Origin: Octopus vulgaris
Taxonomy: Eukaryota
Assembly (NCBI GenBank): GCA_951406725.2
Contig: OX597819.1
Location: 43,524,001 to 43,588,000, forward strand
Direction: 5' to 3'
DNA: 64,000 bases
Below are positions 51,539 to 64,000 of the stretch, in pieces (position 1 is the stretch's first letter; every line of letters begins with the position of its first letter). Position numbers and translations under genes: made by a program. The notes under the pieces are model-generated. The model was not told where the DNA came from. It saw only the letters and a list, made by a program, of their open reading frames with translations, and did not search any database.

Positions 51539-52896
51539 CATTATTATTATTATTATCATTATCATTATTATTATTAAGCCTATTATCTCTTTTATTTTGC
51601 ACAAAGACGATTGACGAATCACAAAAGTACACACATCCTAGAAATGGTGGTGGTGGTCGTGGTGATGCTATGGTCGGTCAAATCAATTTCAGTACATTAG
51701 CACTCCATATTTCATCAACGTTAAAAATATGCTGAGAAATGAGTAGGTGGGGGGGGGGGGGGAATTTGACTTAGTGTCCCTTTTTTAGTATAACAGAAAG
51801 ACAAGAAAAGAAATCATTATTATCAAAACGTTGATTATTATACACAAATCTTTAAGCAAAAAGAAAACTAGCGCATTAGTCTCAATCTTTCTCGACTTGC
51901 TAATTCAACAAATGTATTGTGTGTCTTTTTTTATTGGGCACTTTTATGAGTGAAGTGCATGGGTTTCCAAATACATAAAACGCAGCAGGAGGTATGGATA
52001 ATGGTAAATACAAGTTTCGACATAATGTTGAAACAAGGTGTAAAAGGGAAGTTTGAATATTCAATACATACGAATTACGAATCGAAATATAATAGCGAAA
52101 ATACACCTAATACTCATTTAAACTGGCAGCGACTGTGAAGAAAATACGGTATCCATTGATAATTGGCATCAAACGAAAGAGAAAAAAGCGATAAGAGAAC
52201 AACGGGTATTCTAAATATTACGTGCAATCACTCGGTGAAATTATTCTATCATAAAGAAAAAAAAAAGCTGACATGAAAGGAAATAGCGAGATGCGTACAA
52301 ATACGTCAAATATTCGTAGACGTATTATATACATACACACACACACACAAATATACGCAAAAAGAAAGCGAGAAAAAAAAATAAAAGAAATAATACGAAC
52401 AAACACTCAACAAATATTATAACACACATGCTCATTTCTAGGAGAGAAGCTGTAGTACATAGGAAAATAATGAGACACGCAATAAACACAAAAACAGAAG
52501 AGAAGCACGCAAACGTGGACAAACTAATTCTCACGTTGAATAAAAATAATTGTTTCTTACATAGGAAAAAAAAAAAAAATTCCAGATTTTTTTTTGTTTT
52601 TTTTTTTATAAATCTCTTTTTATTTATTTATGTATTGATTTATGTATTGGTGTGATGGGTGAGAAGTAGGTGGGAAATTGTTTAGTTCATTCTGCGTTAC
52701 AATATGATTCCTGCGACAAAACAAACAGGAAGTGAGATGGTTTTAATGCAAAATCAAATATGGACGCGGTCAATATTTCTAGGTTTACGTATCTTAAACT
52801 CCAGCCAATAGAAGGTGGAGGCGGTGGTGGTGGTGGTGGTGGTGGTGGTGGTAGTGGTGGTGGTGGTGATGGTTAGTGGTTGTCAATGTCGTTGCG

Positions 52897-53172
52897 AAGG
52901 CGCGTGGCTTAGTGGTTAGGGTAATCGGCTCACGATCGTAAGGGCGTGAGTTCGATTCTTGGCGATGGTGTCGCTGGCAAGAGTGAGTTACACCTGTAAT
53001 TCAAAGGGTCAGCCTTGTCACATTCTGTGTCATGCTGAATCTCCCTGAGAACAACGTTAAGGGTACCAGTGCCCGTGGAGTACTCAGCCACTTGCAACGT
53101 TAATTTCACGAGTAGTCTTCTCCATTGATCGGACCAACTGGATCACTCGTCGTCGCAACCGAGGGAGCACCA
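52897..53172 (+). mobile_element. SINE, head B + tail T1 (internally deleted)
   Basis: Homologous to 2017-2337. Confidence 0.78.
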
Positions 53173-53339
53173 GATTGTTTTTGTTACCGTCGTCGTTGTT
53201 TTTGTTCTTGTTGTTCTTGACGTGGTGGTTATTATTGCTATGGTTGTTATTTGCTGTTGTTGTTATAGTCGTTGTTTTCGTTATTGCTGTTGTATCTGTT
53301 GTAATTGTTGTTTTTATTGCTCACCCGATATCAAACGAT

Positions 53340-54480
53340 ATCTACTCAGTGGTCAGATAAATATCCACTCGCAGTATCATGCGATCGGTCCGTCAAGGGT
53401 GCTCCACCCTTTCCCTTCTGTACGTACTGATCCTAAAGCCACTTCTTCGGAAGTTGGATGTTTCGAGAGGTAGCCCGTAAAAACTAGATGCAGAAGACCC
53501 GCGTTTGTAAATGCGGACAATATCACCATAGTAGTGCCGGACATCAAGCATTGAAGAAATCGGCATTACTCCGAGGGAATATGATGCGGTGACGGGGGCA
53601 AAAACCCAACGAGGAAAAGTCATTAGACTTGCTGCTCAGAACCTGGAGACACAATGCCCAAACCATACAACAGTGTCGTAGAGTGCTGGATAGACGGACC
53701 GGTTAAATTGCTTGGGGTTTGGTTTGGTCCAAACCTCCAGGTGGATAAGAACTCAGAGGAGGTGATGAGCAGGGGGATACTCTCTCTCAGGAATGAGTGG
53801 AGAGAAAACTATCCCTGCAGGGTCGGGCGAAGATAGCACCCATCATCTATTACTACATGACCGTCGTGCTTTCTTCGTTTCATGACTGATCAGACTGGTG
53901 CACTTTTTCTTCCGCTTTGTATGGAGGGAACGATTTCTACTGGTCAACATGCTGTCAGCATCAACTACATAGAGGACTGAACATACCGTGGCTAATGATA
54001 CAGACATGTGCCAAGGTAACGATATCGCCTTGATGGTAAGCTGGTGTGATTGCCGGTGGTTAGGTACGCTTTTCCTCAGCACGCTTCCTTGGCAGAGTCG
54101 CAATCCTGGATCACGCAAAGACCGAAATATGGTGTTTGGTACTTTGAATGCTGCCAGACGCTGACATCTCCTGCTAGTTGAGCAATGCGGTCGGCGGATG
54201 TTCTACGATGGGTTTCTGTAGAGGATTAGTGATAGGTAAGACTGACGAAGTTCTCGAGGAATGTATGGGCGTCGGTGAAAATCAGCTGGCTAGTCTTTTC
54301 CGGAAGACTTTGGGTCGAATCTCATGAATAATTTCCAGAGACCCCTGGCCTGGTAATGCTACTTCTGGATCTGGATAGATTCTACGTGTATGATAGGGTG
54401 TTACCGTGCCTGCCCGAGTTCGCGCAGAGCGACGAAACTATCCTGCATGCAATCCTACAGTGCTCGAGTATTACTGATTT
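53340..54480 (+). pseudogene. Degenerate Tx1/L1-like reverse transcriptase fragment
   Basis: RQG motif, ADNITIVV (YADD-like), EYDAVTGAK..EEKS, WIDGPVKLLGVWFGPNLQ; many frameshifts. Confidence 0.7.
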
Positions 54481-54499
54481 ATGAAGTTATGTCGAACAA

Positions 54500-54621
54500 C
54501 CTGGTTCCGGGTTCAATCTCACTGCGTGGCAGGCACCTTGGGCAAGTGTCTTCTACTATAGCCTCGGGCCGACCAAAGCCTTGTGAGTGGATTTGGTAGA
54601 CGGAAACTGAAAGAAGCTCGT
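54500..54621 (+). mobile_element. CORE-type SINE head fragment
   Basis: GGCACCTTGGGCAAGTGTCTTCTACTATAGCCTCGGGCCGACC. Confidence 0.8.
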
Positions 54622-54946
54622 TATGCCACACATATAATTTGTTAAAAATGGTGAGTTGCAAGAATGGCTTGTGTGAGTGGACTTTCTTGGCTGGTGTCTC
54701 TGGGCTGAAAAAGTACGGAGCTGCACTTGCCGTGGTACTCCTACTGAATAGAATGACACGAGATGTGCGGGGTACCTTAGCCACAAAATGTGACGTATCC
54801 CATTCATGGGGGGAATTTTGAAATAATCTTCTTTTTTAATTGTTACCGTTTCTTTATTGTTTAATGTGTTTTTGTAGATTCTCACTGTCCTTTGTATTTT
54901 CATTGTCCTAAATGTTTACGCAGCCCTTGAGGCAAGTAAAGAAAGA

Positions 54947-54979
<33 letters not shown>

Positions 54980-55584
54980 CTTCTTCTTCTTCTTCTTCTT
55001 CTTCGTTCTTCTTCTTCGTTCTTCTTCTTCTTCTTCGTTCTTCTTCTTCTTCTTCTTCTTCTTCTTCTTCGTTCTTCGTTCTTCTTCTTCTTCTTCTTCT
55101 TCTTCTTCTTCTTCTTCCTCCTCCTCCTCCTCCTTCTTCTTCTTCTTCTTCCTCTTCTTTTTCTTCCCGTTATTATTATGATAAATTATAACAGTAGTAG
55201 TAGTAGTAGTTACTGTTGTTGTTCATGTTGTAGTTGTAGGAAAAGCCCAGAGGAAATGTGATTGAAATAAAATACGAGATTTGTTAAAAAAAAACCCAAC
55301 AAAAAAAAAACTCAGAAAAAAACCCCCCGGAACTAATCATAGTTTAAGAATTATTTGTTGGTTGGTAGGAAAACTGAGTCTAATATCATGTTCAACATAA
55401 CCACACACGAAGCATATACACACTAAGACGAACTGTATGCATAGACACTATACATGCATACATATGCATAGATGCACACTAACGCACACTCGTATAAATG
55501 TTTGAATGTATCGCTGCATGTATGTATGTATTTATGTATTCATCAGTGCATATATATACATATATTGGAATGAATCTATGCATG

Positions 55585-55639
<55 letters not shown>

Positions 55640-56086
55640 ATGTGCGTGTATGTGTGCGTGTGTTTGTGGTGTGTGTAACGCTACATGTGCACATATGCAC
55701 AGGTGTGTATATGCATACATACACATTATCATCTATAGAGAGATAGTAGATATATACAAATAACGAAATTGAGATGGCTCCACATACATACATACATACA
55801 TACATACATACATACATACATACATACATACATACATACATACATACATACATACATACATGTATACATACATATATACATACGTGCATAAATATGCATA
55901 CCTATACATTCGTACAATTATGTATATATATATATAATATATATATATATATAATATATATATATATGTGTGTGTGTGTGTATGTATGTGTGTCTAGATA
56001 CATGTATATATATATACACATATATATATGTATATGTATATGTATATACATAAGTACATGTATACACATATATGTATGTATGTATG

Positions 56087-56120
<34 letters not shown>

Positions 56121-56577
56121 TGTATGTATGTATGTATGTATGTATATATATATATATATACATATGTACGTATGTTTGTATGTTTATGTGCGTTTGTATG
56201 TGTGAAAATATGTGTGGCTGTGCTCGCGCGTAAATATAATATAATACATAATAATTAATTCATACGTTGTATTTGTGCTGGAAATGTTCAAGAAAAGTTA
56301 AGGATATAAGAAAAGTAAAAGAAAAAGAATCAACAAAGATATAAAATAAAAAAAAAATAGACAAATAAAAAGATTAAAAGAACTAAAAATAACAAAAAGA
56401 AAAAGAACATAAAACCATGTTCTTGTTGTGAAGAACAAAATGAAAAAAATGTTAAAAAAATTATAGAAATAAAGGTTATCTATTTGATAAAATCTATTTC
56501 GACCTATATTATACAAAGAAACATCATGAAATGAGCTGGTACATAGAGTTCAAAATATTAATCTATAAGTATTACAT

Positions 56578-56630
<53 letters not shown>

Positions 56631-56700
56631 TGTATATATGTATATATACATAACGTCTACATAACGTCTACACGCAAACACATACACACATGCACATTAT

Positions 56701-56734
<34 letters not shown>

Positions 56735-56869
56735 GATAGATAGATAGATATAGATATGAATATATATATAGTTAAACATACATAAACATTCACGCACCTA
56801 TATACCTAAATAAATATATGTTTACATATATGTATGTATCTATGTCTGTGCATATTGCATGTATATTTC

Positions 56870-56962
<93 letters not shown>

Positions 56963-56967
56963 GTGTG

Positions 56968-56998
<31 letters not shown>

Positions 56999-57105
56999 GA
57001 ATATATACATATATATATTCATATATACGTATGTACATATACATAAATGTATGTATATATACGTACATGTATGTATATATGTGACGAAATATGTTTCTAT
57101 CTATG

Positions 57106-57167
<62 letters not shown>

Positions 57168-57728
57168 CATATAAGGTATTTGTAACGTTCTCGTTCCACT
57201 TTCGTCGATGTTTAAAACGACAGTTTTATGGTGGGGGGGGATTGGAAGAGACCGCGTTGGTGCTGATCGCAGTAATGGTGGCGGCGGTGTTGGTAGTGTT
57301 GTCGGCGGTGGCGTTTCCGAAGATTAATAGGTTATAGTAAATTGGAATGAATTCTCACAGGGCCTTCTCTCTTCTGTTTAATGGCGACCCCTGTTTTTTT
57401 CCTCATCATCAATGTTACCAACCACAACCAGGAAATCTTTGCCATTAACAAATAACGACGACGACGATGATGACGATGACGACCATCATCGTGATTGTCA
57501 ACGTCTTCGTCACCTGCCTCCTCCTCGTCCCTCTCCATCCTTCTCTCTTTCCCCACTCCTCTTCTCTGCTCCCCCACCAACCATTCTCACACCCATCATG
57601 GTTCTAAATCCTCATTTGCCACTCTCTTCTCAGCAATAATCATTTAACACTTTATTGTTGTTCTTGTTTGTAATTATTATCATTATTATTTACTATCACA
57701 TACTGAGTATGCTGATGTGTATGTGTAT

Positions 57729-57766
<38 letters not shown>

Positions 57767-57907
57767 GCACACACACATACATACACGCACACACACACAC
57801 GCATACACACACATGCATCTATGTATATATATATCTGTGTGTATGTGTATGCGTGTTTGTGCATGTGCGTATATATATGTATGTGTGTGTTTGTGTGTGT
57901 TTGTGTG

Positions 57908-57964
<57 letters not shown>

Positions 57965-57965
<1 letters not shown>

Positions 57966-58212
57966 GAGGCGCGTGGCTTAGTGGTTAGGGTGTCAGTATC
58001 ACGATCGTAAGATTGTGGTTTCGATTCCTGGACCAGACGACGCGTTGTGTTCTTGAGCAAAACACTTCATTTTCACGTTGCGCCAATCCACTCACCTGGC
58101 AAAAATGAGTAGCGCTGCGATGGACTGGCATCCCGTCCAGCTGGGGAACACATACGTCATTGAAACGCGGAAAACGGTCCTATGTGCCTGGCTAGGCTTT
58201 AAAAGGGCGCAT
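57965..58212 (+). mobile_element. SINE, head B + tail T2
   Basis: Head B joined to GCTGCGATGGACTGGCATCCCGTCCAGCTGGGGAAC. Confidence 0.8.
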
Positions 58213-58428
58213 TTATTATATATATATATATCTATATATATATATATACACGCACACATATATATATGTATATATACGTACGCCGATACAAGCACATGCA
58301 TGCACACGAACACACGCATATATATATATATATATATATATAAGCATGTATGTATTTGGACAATATATTATTTCATTGGAAAGATCAAATCATGTTTGAA
58401 AGAAAGTACTGCTTAGAAAGTCGATACG

Positions 58429-58433
<5 letters not shown>

Positions 58434-58462
<29 letters not shown>

Positions 58463-58500
58463 TGTATGTATGTATGTATGTATGTATGTATGTATGTATG

Positions 58501-58534
<34 letters not shown>

Positions 58535-58980
58535 TGTATGTATGTATGTATGTATGTATGTATGTATGTATGTATGTATGTATGTATGTATGTATGTATG
58601 TATGTATGTATGTATGTATGTATGTATGTATGTATGTATGTATGTATGTATGTATGTATGTATGTATGTATGTATGTATGTATGTATGTATGTATGTATG
58701 TATGTATGTATGTATGTATGTATGTATGTATGTATGTATGTATGTATGTATGTATGTATGTATGTATGTATGTATGTATGTATGTATGTATGTATGTATG
58801 TATGTATGTATGTATGTATGTATGTATGTATGTATGTATGTATGTATGTATGTATGTATGTATGTATGTATGTATGTATGTATGTATGTATGTATGTATG
58901 TATGTATGTATGTATGTATGTATGTATGTATGTATGTATGTATGTATGTATGTAGGTAGGTAGGTAGGTAGGTAGGTATG
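58434..58980. repeat. ~520-bp nearly pure (TATG)n followed by (TAGG)n
   Basis: Direct reading. Confidence 0.97.
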
Positions 58981-59820
58981 TACTTGGAAAAGGACGCGTG
59001 GCGTTCGGTCATATGATAATATAAATGATATATAAATATATGCATATATACATACATATATGTACATACCTACATATAAATGTATATATACATGCATATA
59101 TGTGTACAGAACATTAAAAAAAAAACGTTTGAACCTTGATCTATCATAATATGTATGTATGTATGTCCCCCAGAGGTTTTCTTTTAAAACTGCATCTCTG
59201 AATCTGGTAGTGAGGTTTGGAAGTTCCTGGTTCTTGAAGATTGTGGAACCACCTCTTAGCCACAATTATTCTCAAGTCTACTCTGACCCGGAATAGTAAC
59301 ACCTGTCAATGAATTAGTGACTCTTTGCTACTGTCACAAGCCTCCTTTTAGGGGAGGGACACCTTGACGTAAAACCTGCAGTTTCAAGTTATTACTAGTC
59401 TTTTCTCCCCAGCAACTCACTAAATACTAATCACCGAAACTCAGAGAATGGTACTCGTGTTCTACAAGCATTTACCATTATAAGCTAATGATATGCAGAT
59501 GCCTTTTTTTTGGTGATGTCATTTGTCGCTCCAGTTACAGAGAATATAATGGGGAGATCGAAAAGTGGCTACGTGTGCAGATCTAACGAGTTGAAAGCTG
59601 ACGGCGAATTAAAACTTTCGTCTTTCGTCTATGCTTGAAACCAAGCAGATCTGCAACGGGACTGAATAGTCATCTGAAAAGTCGTGGATGGAAAGTCAGA
59701 AATTGATAACGAAGAAGCAGAAGGAGACGGCAGAAACCTGTGAAGACGGAGCAGTCACCATATTTGAATCTGTGTGTGAGAGTGTGTGTGTGTGTTTATA
59801 TTTGTGTATGTATGTATGTA

Positions 59821-59867
<47 letters not shown>

Positions 59868-59976
59868 ATATATATATGTATGAATGCATGTATGTATGTA
59901 TGTATGTATGTATGTATGTATGTATGTATGTATGTATGTATGCATGTAAGTATGCATGTATGTGTATATATATATA

Positions 59977-60072
<96 letters not shown>

Positions 60073-60292
60073 GTTTGTATGTATGTGTATATATGTGTGT
60101 GGGTGTGTATTAGTGTTTCCGGATACCAACTTCCGCTCAAAAAATCAATGCAACACCGCACAGTTAAATCGAACTCGGAAAGTAGTTGTTGCGAAACAAA
60201 CCACTTAATCATACAGCAATCGCCACATACATACGTACGTACATACGTTGATTCATACATACATACATACACACACACACATACACAGACAC

Positions 60293-60323
<31 letters not shown>

Positions 60324-60744
60324 CAAACGCATGCATACATATACACATACATATATGCATACTTAGATATACTCATAGTTACGTACATATACACACGTAT
60401 ATACTTTATGACAAAATAATGTATTAAATATCCTGGATCAATTTGGTTTCATCTTTCTGGAATCTTCTGCAGGAAATAAATCGTTAATCGTAGACAGAAT
60501 ACGAAAGTATTCTATATAAAAATTGTTCAATTTATGAAATTCCAAAAATTTCCGACACGATGAAGATCTGATTTCACAAATATCCTATCAATTGGAGTTA
60601 TATCTTATATGACGTTCTGTTTCCAGAAAATAGTTAATAAGAGAAATCCGATCTGCTAGAGTTTTAGAATAAATAGTAAAATACACAAGTAACATTGCCT
60701 CAAAATGCGATAACATCATATGTATATGTTCGAAATTTGTGTAC

Positions 60745-60900
60745 AGGCGTGGCTGTGCGCTAAGAAGCTTTCTTTTATAACCATATGGTTCCGAGTTCAG
60801 TCTCACTGCGTGGCACATTGGGCAAGTGTCCTCTACTGTAGCCTCAGGCCGACCAAAGCCTTGTGAGTGGATTTGGTAGACACAAATTGAAAGAAAGAAG
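60745..60900 (+). mobile_element. CORE-type SINE head
   Basis: Homologous to 682-840. Confidence 0.8.
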
Positions 60901-60914
60901 CACGTCTTGTGTGT

Positions 60915-61062
60915 AGCTACTACACACATTTATTTCTCTCCTTGTTTTTTCTGTGTCCCTTTCTGTAGAAGAGCGTAGGCTCGAAACTATTAGCGTTATA
61001 CTAATACATCTGTTTGTTTTGTACACCACCTGTCTTCGTCTTTTGTTTTCTTCGTATACTCT

Positions 61063-61066
<4 letters not shown>
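60915..61066 (+). mobile_element. Penelope-like pLTR remnant with partial hammerhead, abutting (TA)n
   Basis: CTTT-CTGTAGA-AGAGC-GTAG-GCTC-GAAAC; same GAGC/GCTC stem II as the 31765 family; 3' half lost. Confidence 0.5.
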
Positions 61067-61103
<37 letters not shown>

Positions 61104-61452
61104 TATATATAAAATGATAAAAATGGTAAGACCCACAAGGAAACCGAACGAAAACAAATATGGAGGGTCGTTAGACCAGAACGGGAGGAAAATAGTGAAG
61201 GCTGGGGGAAACATTTTTTTTTGAAAAGAGAAAAGATAGAAGAGAGAGAAAAACACGTCCGTGCAAGAAAAGAAAGATGAACATAAGCACACAAACACAG
61301 ATTGTCAAGGGGCGATACGAGAGAAACACACACACAAAGACATACCACATACACATACACACACATATATATATATACACACACACACACATACGACAAG
61401 CTTACATATGTGTGTGTGTGTGCATGCATATATACGTATAAGTATATATACT

Positions 61453-61485
<33 letters not shown>

Positions 61486-61604
61486 ATATATATATATGTG
61501 TATGTATAAATGCATGTTATACACATAAATACATATACATATATGTATACATATATACGTGCACACACATATGATGACGATGATGGTGGTGGTGGTGGTG
61601 ATGA

Positions 61605-61646
<42 letters not shown>

Positions 61647-61844
61647 GCGACGACGACAATGAGGAACGTGACGACATGAACGAGAACAAGGATAAGAACA
61701 CTGTAGGTACAGAAGAAGAAGAAGAAGAAGAAGAAGAAGAAGAAGAAGAAGAAGAAGAAGAAGAAGAAGAATAATGTGCATGGCTGCTGACAACAGAATT
61801 TGTAATTAAATATACATACATACACATATACACACACAAACACA

Positions 61845-61885
<41 letters not shown>

Positions 61886-61964
61886 GCACACACATATATA
61901 ATGAAGACAAATGTGGTGATGGCTTCCCATAAGTTTTTAAATGTAGGAAGAGGAAAAGGAGAAA

Positions 61965-62186
61965 GAAGGAGGAGAGAGAAGATGGAGGAGAAGGAGGAGG
62001 AGGAGGATGAAGAAGAAGAAGAAGAAGAAGAAGAAGAAGAAGAAAAAGAAGAAAGAAAAGAAGATGAAGAAGAAGGAAAAGAAGATGAAGAAGAAGGAAA
62101 AGAAGATGAAGAAGAAGGAAAAGAAGATGAAGAAGAAGGAAAAGAAGAAAAAGAAGGTAAAGAAGAAGAAGAAGAAGAAGAAGAAG

Positions 62187-62216
<30 letters not shown>
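61965..62216. repeat. (GAA)n tract with 21-bp higher-order unit GAAGATGAAGAAGAAGGAAAA
   Basis: Direct reading. Confidence 0.9.
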
Positions 62217-62217
<1 letters not shown>

Positions 62218-62705
62218 CAGATACACAGACAAACAATACAATCAAAGGCTGAGTAAGTGACATGAGAGGTGTCAAACAAACTACGTTTCTATTGATTTTA
62301 CTAAGAAATATAATTGGATTAACAAAACTTATCAAAATTTATGTCCGGTCTGATATAATTATATTGTTGATGTTGTTGTTGTTGTTGTATTTTATCTTTC
62401 CCCTTAGACTTCCTATTCGTCTTCCTCTTGTGCCTCCTCTTTCTTATTCCTCCTTTTGCTTTTATATATTATAGACTTATGAAGAGCCATTTTTACCACA
62501 CACATATCTTCATTATTCGTATAATTTTTGAAGGCCCACAATCACTGTTGTCATCAATGTCATTCCAGCGTCTTCCTCTGAGTCTATCGTATCGCTGTCA
62601 TCGCCATCGCATTCAGCATCCTCATCACTACCACCACCAACACCACCACCACCACCACACATCGTCGCCGTCATCATCATCATCATCATCCTCATCATCA
62701 TGATT

Positions 62706-62922
62706 ACAAATTTTGGTACGAGACCAGCATTTTTGTGGGATGGGTTTAAGTCGATTACATCGATCCCAAGTACTCAACTGGTACTTATTTTATCGACCCC
62801 GAAATAACGACGAAAGGCAACGTCGACTTCGGCAGAATTTGAACTCAGAACGTAGAGACGGACGAAATGCCGCAAAGCATTTTGCCCGGCATGCTAACGA
62901 TTCTATCAGATCCCTGCCCTCA
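62706..62922 (-). mobile_element. Meta-domain-type SINE
   Basis: Homologous to 11127-11362. Confidence 0.8.
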
Positions 62923-63374
62923 TCATCTTAATTAAAATTATTATAATTATTCTCTATAATATTATTCAGCTTGTTACAGTATATGAATTTAAAGGTTATT
63001 CTATAAACCACCTTAACTATGGAATAAAAATCAAGGACATAACCAGAATCTTTAACATAATAAAGCTATGTAATAAAGATTTATAAATTTATGTACCAGA
63101 ACCGAAATTTCCACGGAACTTGCGGGCTTCTTATTACTATGATCAGCATCGGTGCCGCTATTATTTTTATTATCGTTATGGACCAGTTCCTGAGATCTTT
63201 GGTTTGGTAATATTTCTGGGATCCACTGACAGATCTAGGGCTAAATTCTACACTCACATTAGCGTCGCATGGTGGTGCCTCTGGAATTTCAGGGATTTAC
63301 GGGGCTTTCAGCATCAGACTTCCCCGCTCTTTTAACCCAGCCGAGGTTCATCAAGACCCAGCTTGCCTTTCAGT

Positions 63375-63446
63375 ACCACACACACACACACACCCATACA
63401 GTCAAACACATGCATAAGATTCAAACACACAGATTCACACACAGTC

Positions 63447-63517
<71 letters not shown>

Positions 63518-63850
63518 CACATACACAGAGTCACATACACAGAGTCACATACACAGAGTCACATACACAGTTTCACTCCCCACCACAGAGTCTCACATAC
63601 ACCCACACAAAGTCTCACACATACCCACGCACAGTCATACACACACACACACACACACACACACAGTGTTACACACACCCATATACAGAGTCTCACTCCC
63701 CCCCACACACACAGACTCTCACAACCAACCACACACACACAGTCTCAAACATACCCACACAGTCACACACAGAGTCACATGCACAGAGTTACACACACAG
63801 TCACACACACACACACATACGCACACAGAATCACACACGTACACAGAGTT
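63375..63850. repeat. (CA)n-derived minisatellite with 14-bp unit ACAGAGTCACATAC
   Basis: Direct reading. Confidence 0.85.
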
Positions 63851-64000
63851 TATTTCAGTCATTAGATTGTGAGCGTGTTGGGTCACCGTCTTGAACAGGT
63901 GTTAGTCAATCACATTAGCTTCAATACATATTGCACACCTCGTCGACCGTTGTCCGAACATTGCCGAATATATCCGAATTATGACAAGCAGCTGCTGTCG

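Noticed and set aside
58350-59265. 200-290 aa ORFs (MYVC/HTYI repeats)
   Set aside because: Stop-free frames of (TATG)n
61880-62260. Acidic Glu/Lys-rich ORF
   Set aside because: Derived from a (GAA)n tract; no splice or homology evidence

Overview
AT-rich, microsatellite-saturated animal DNA with no recognisable host protein-coding exon. It is probably an intron or intergenic region of an octopus, inferred from the tRNA-derived CORE/Meta-type SINE families and repeat content. Nearly all ORFs in the supplied track are simple-repeat artefacts. The real coding content is transposon-derived: one apparently intact CR1-group LINE ORF2 (23139-26099), a decayed Helitron PIF1-type helicase (17010-20905) with nested non-autonomous Helitrons, and fragments of Penelope-like RT, Tx1-like, R4/Dong-like and RTE-like retroelements. 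The main feature not shown by the ORF track is a set of about 15 minimal type I hammerhead ribozyme motifs from several unrelated short element families. Most sit next to (TA)n tracts, often inside inverted repeats, with palindromic stem III, consistent with Penelope-like pLTR or retrozyme-type elements. Other notable points are retroelement families apparently partitioned among different microsatellites, SINEs with swapped heads and tails, and a SINE tail matching the 3' UTR of the CR1 LINE. All folds and alignments were done by eye; element boundaries are approximate unless termini or TSDs are cited.
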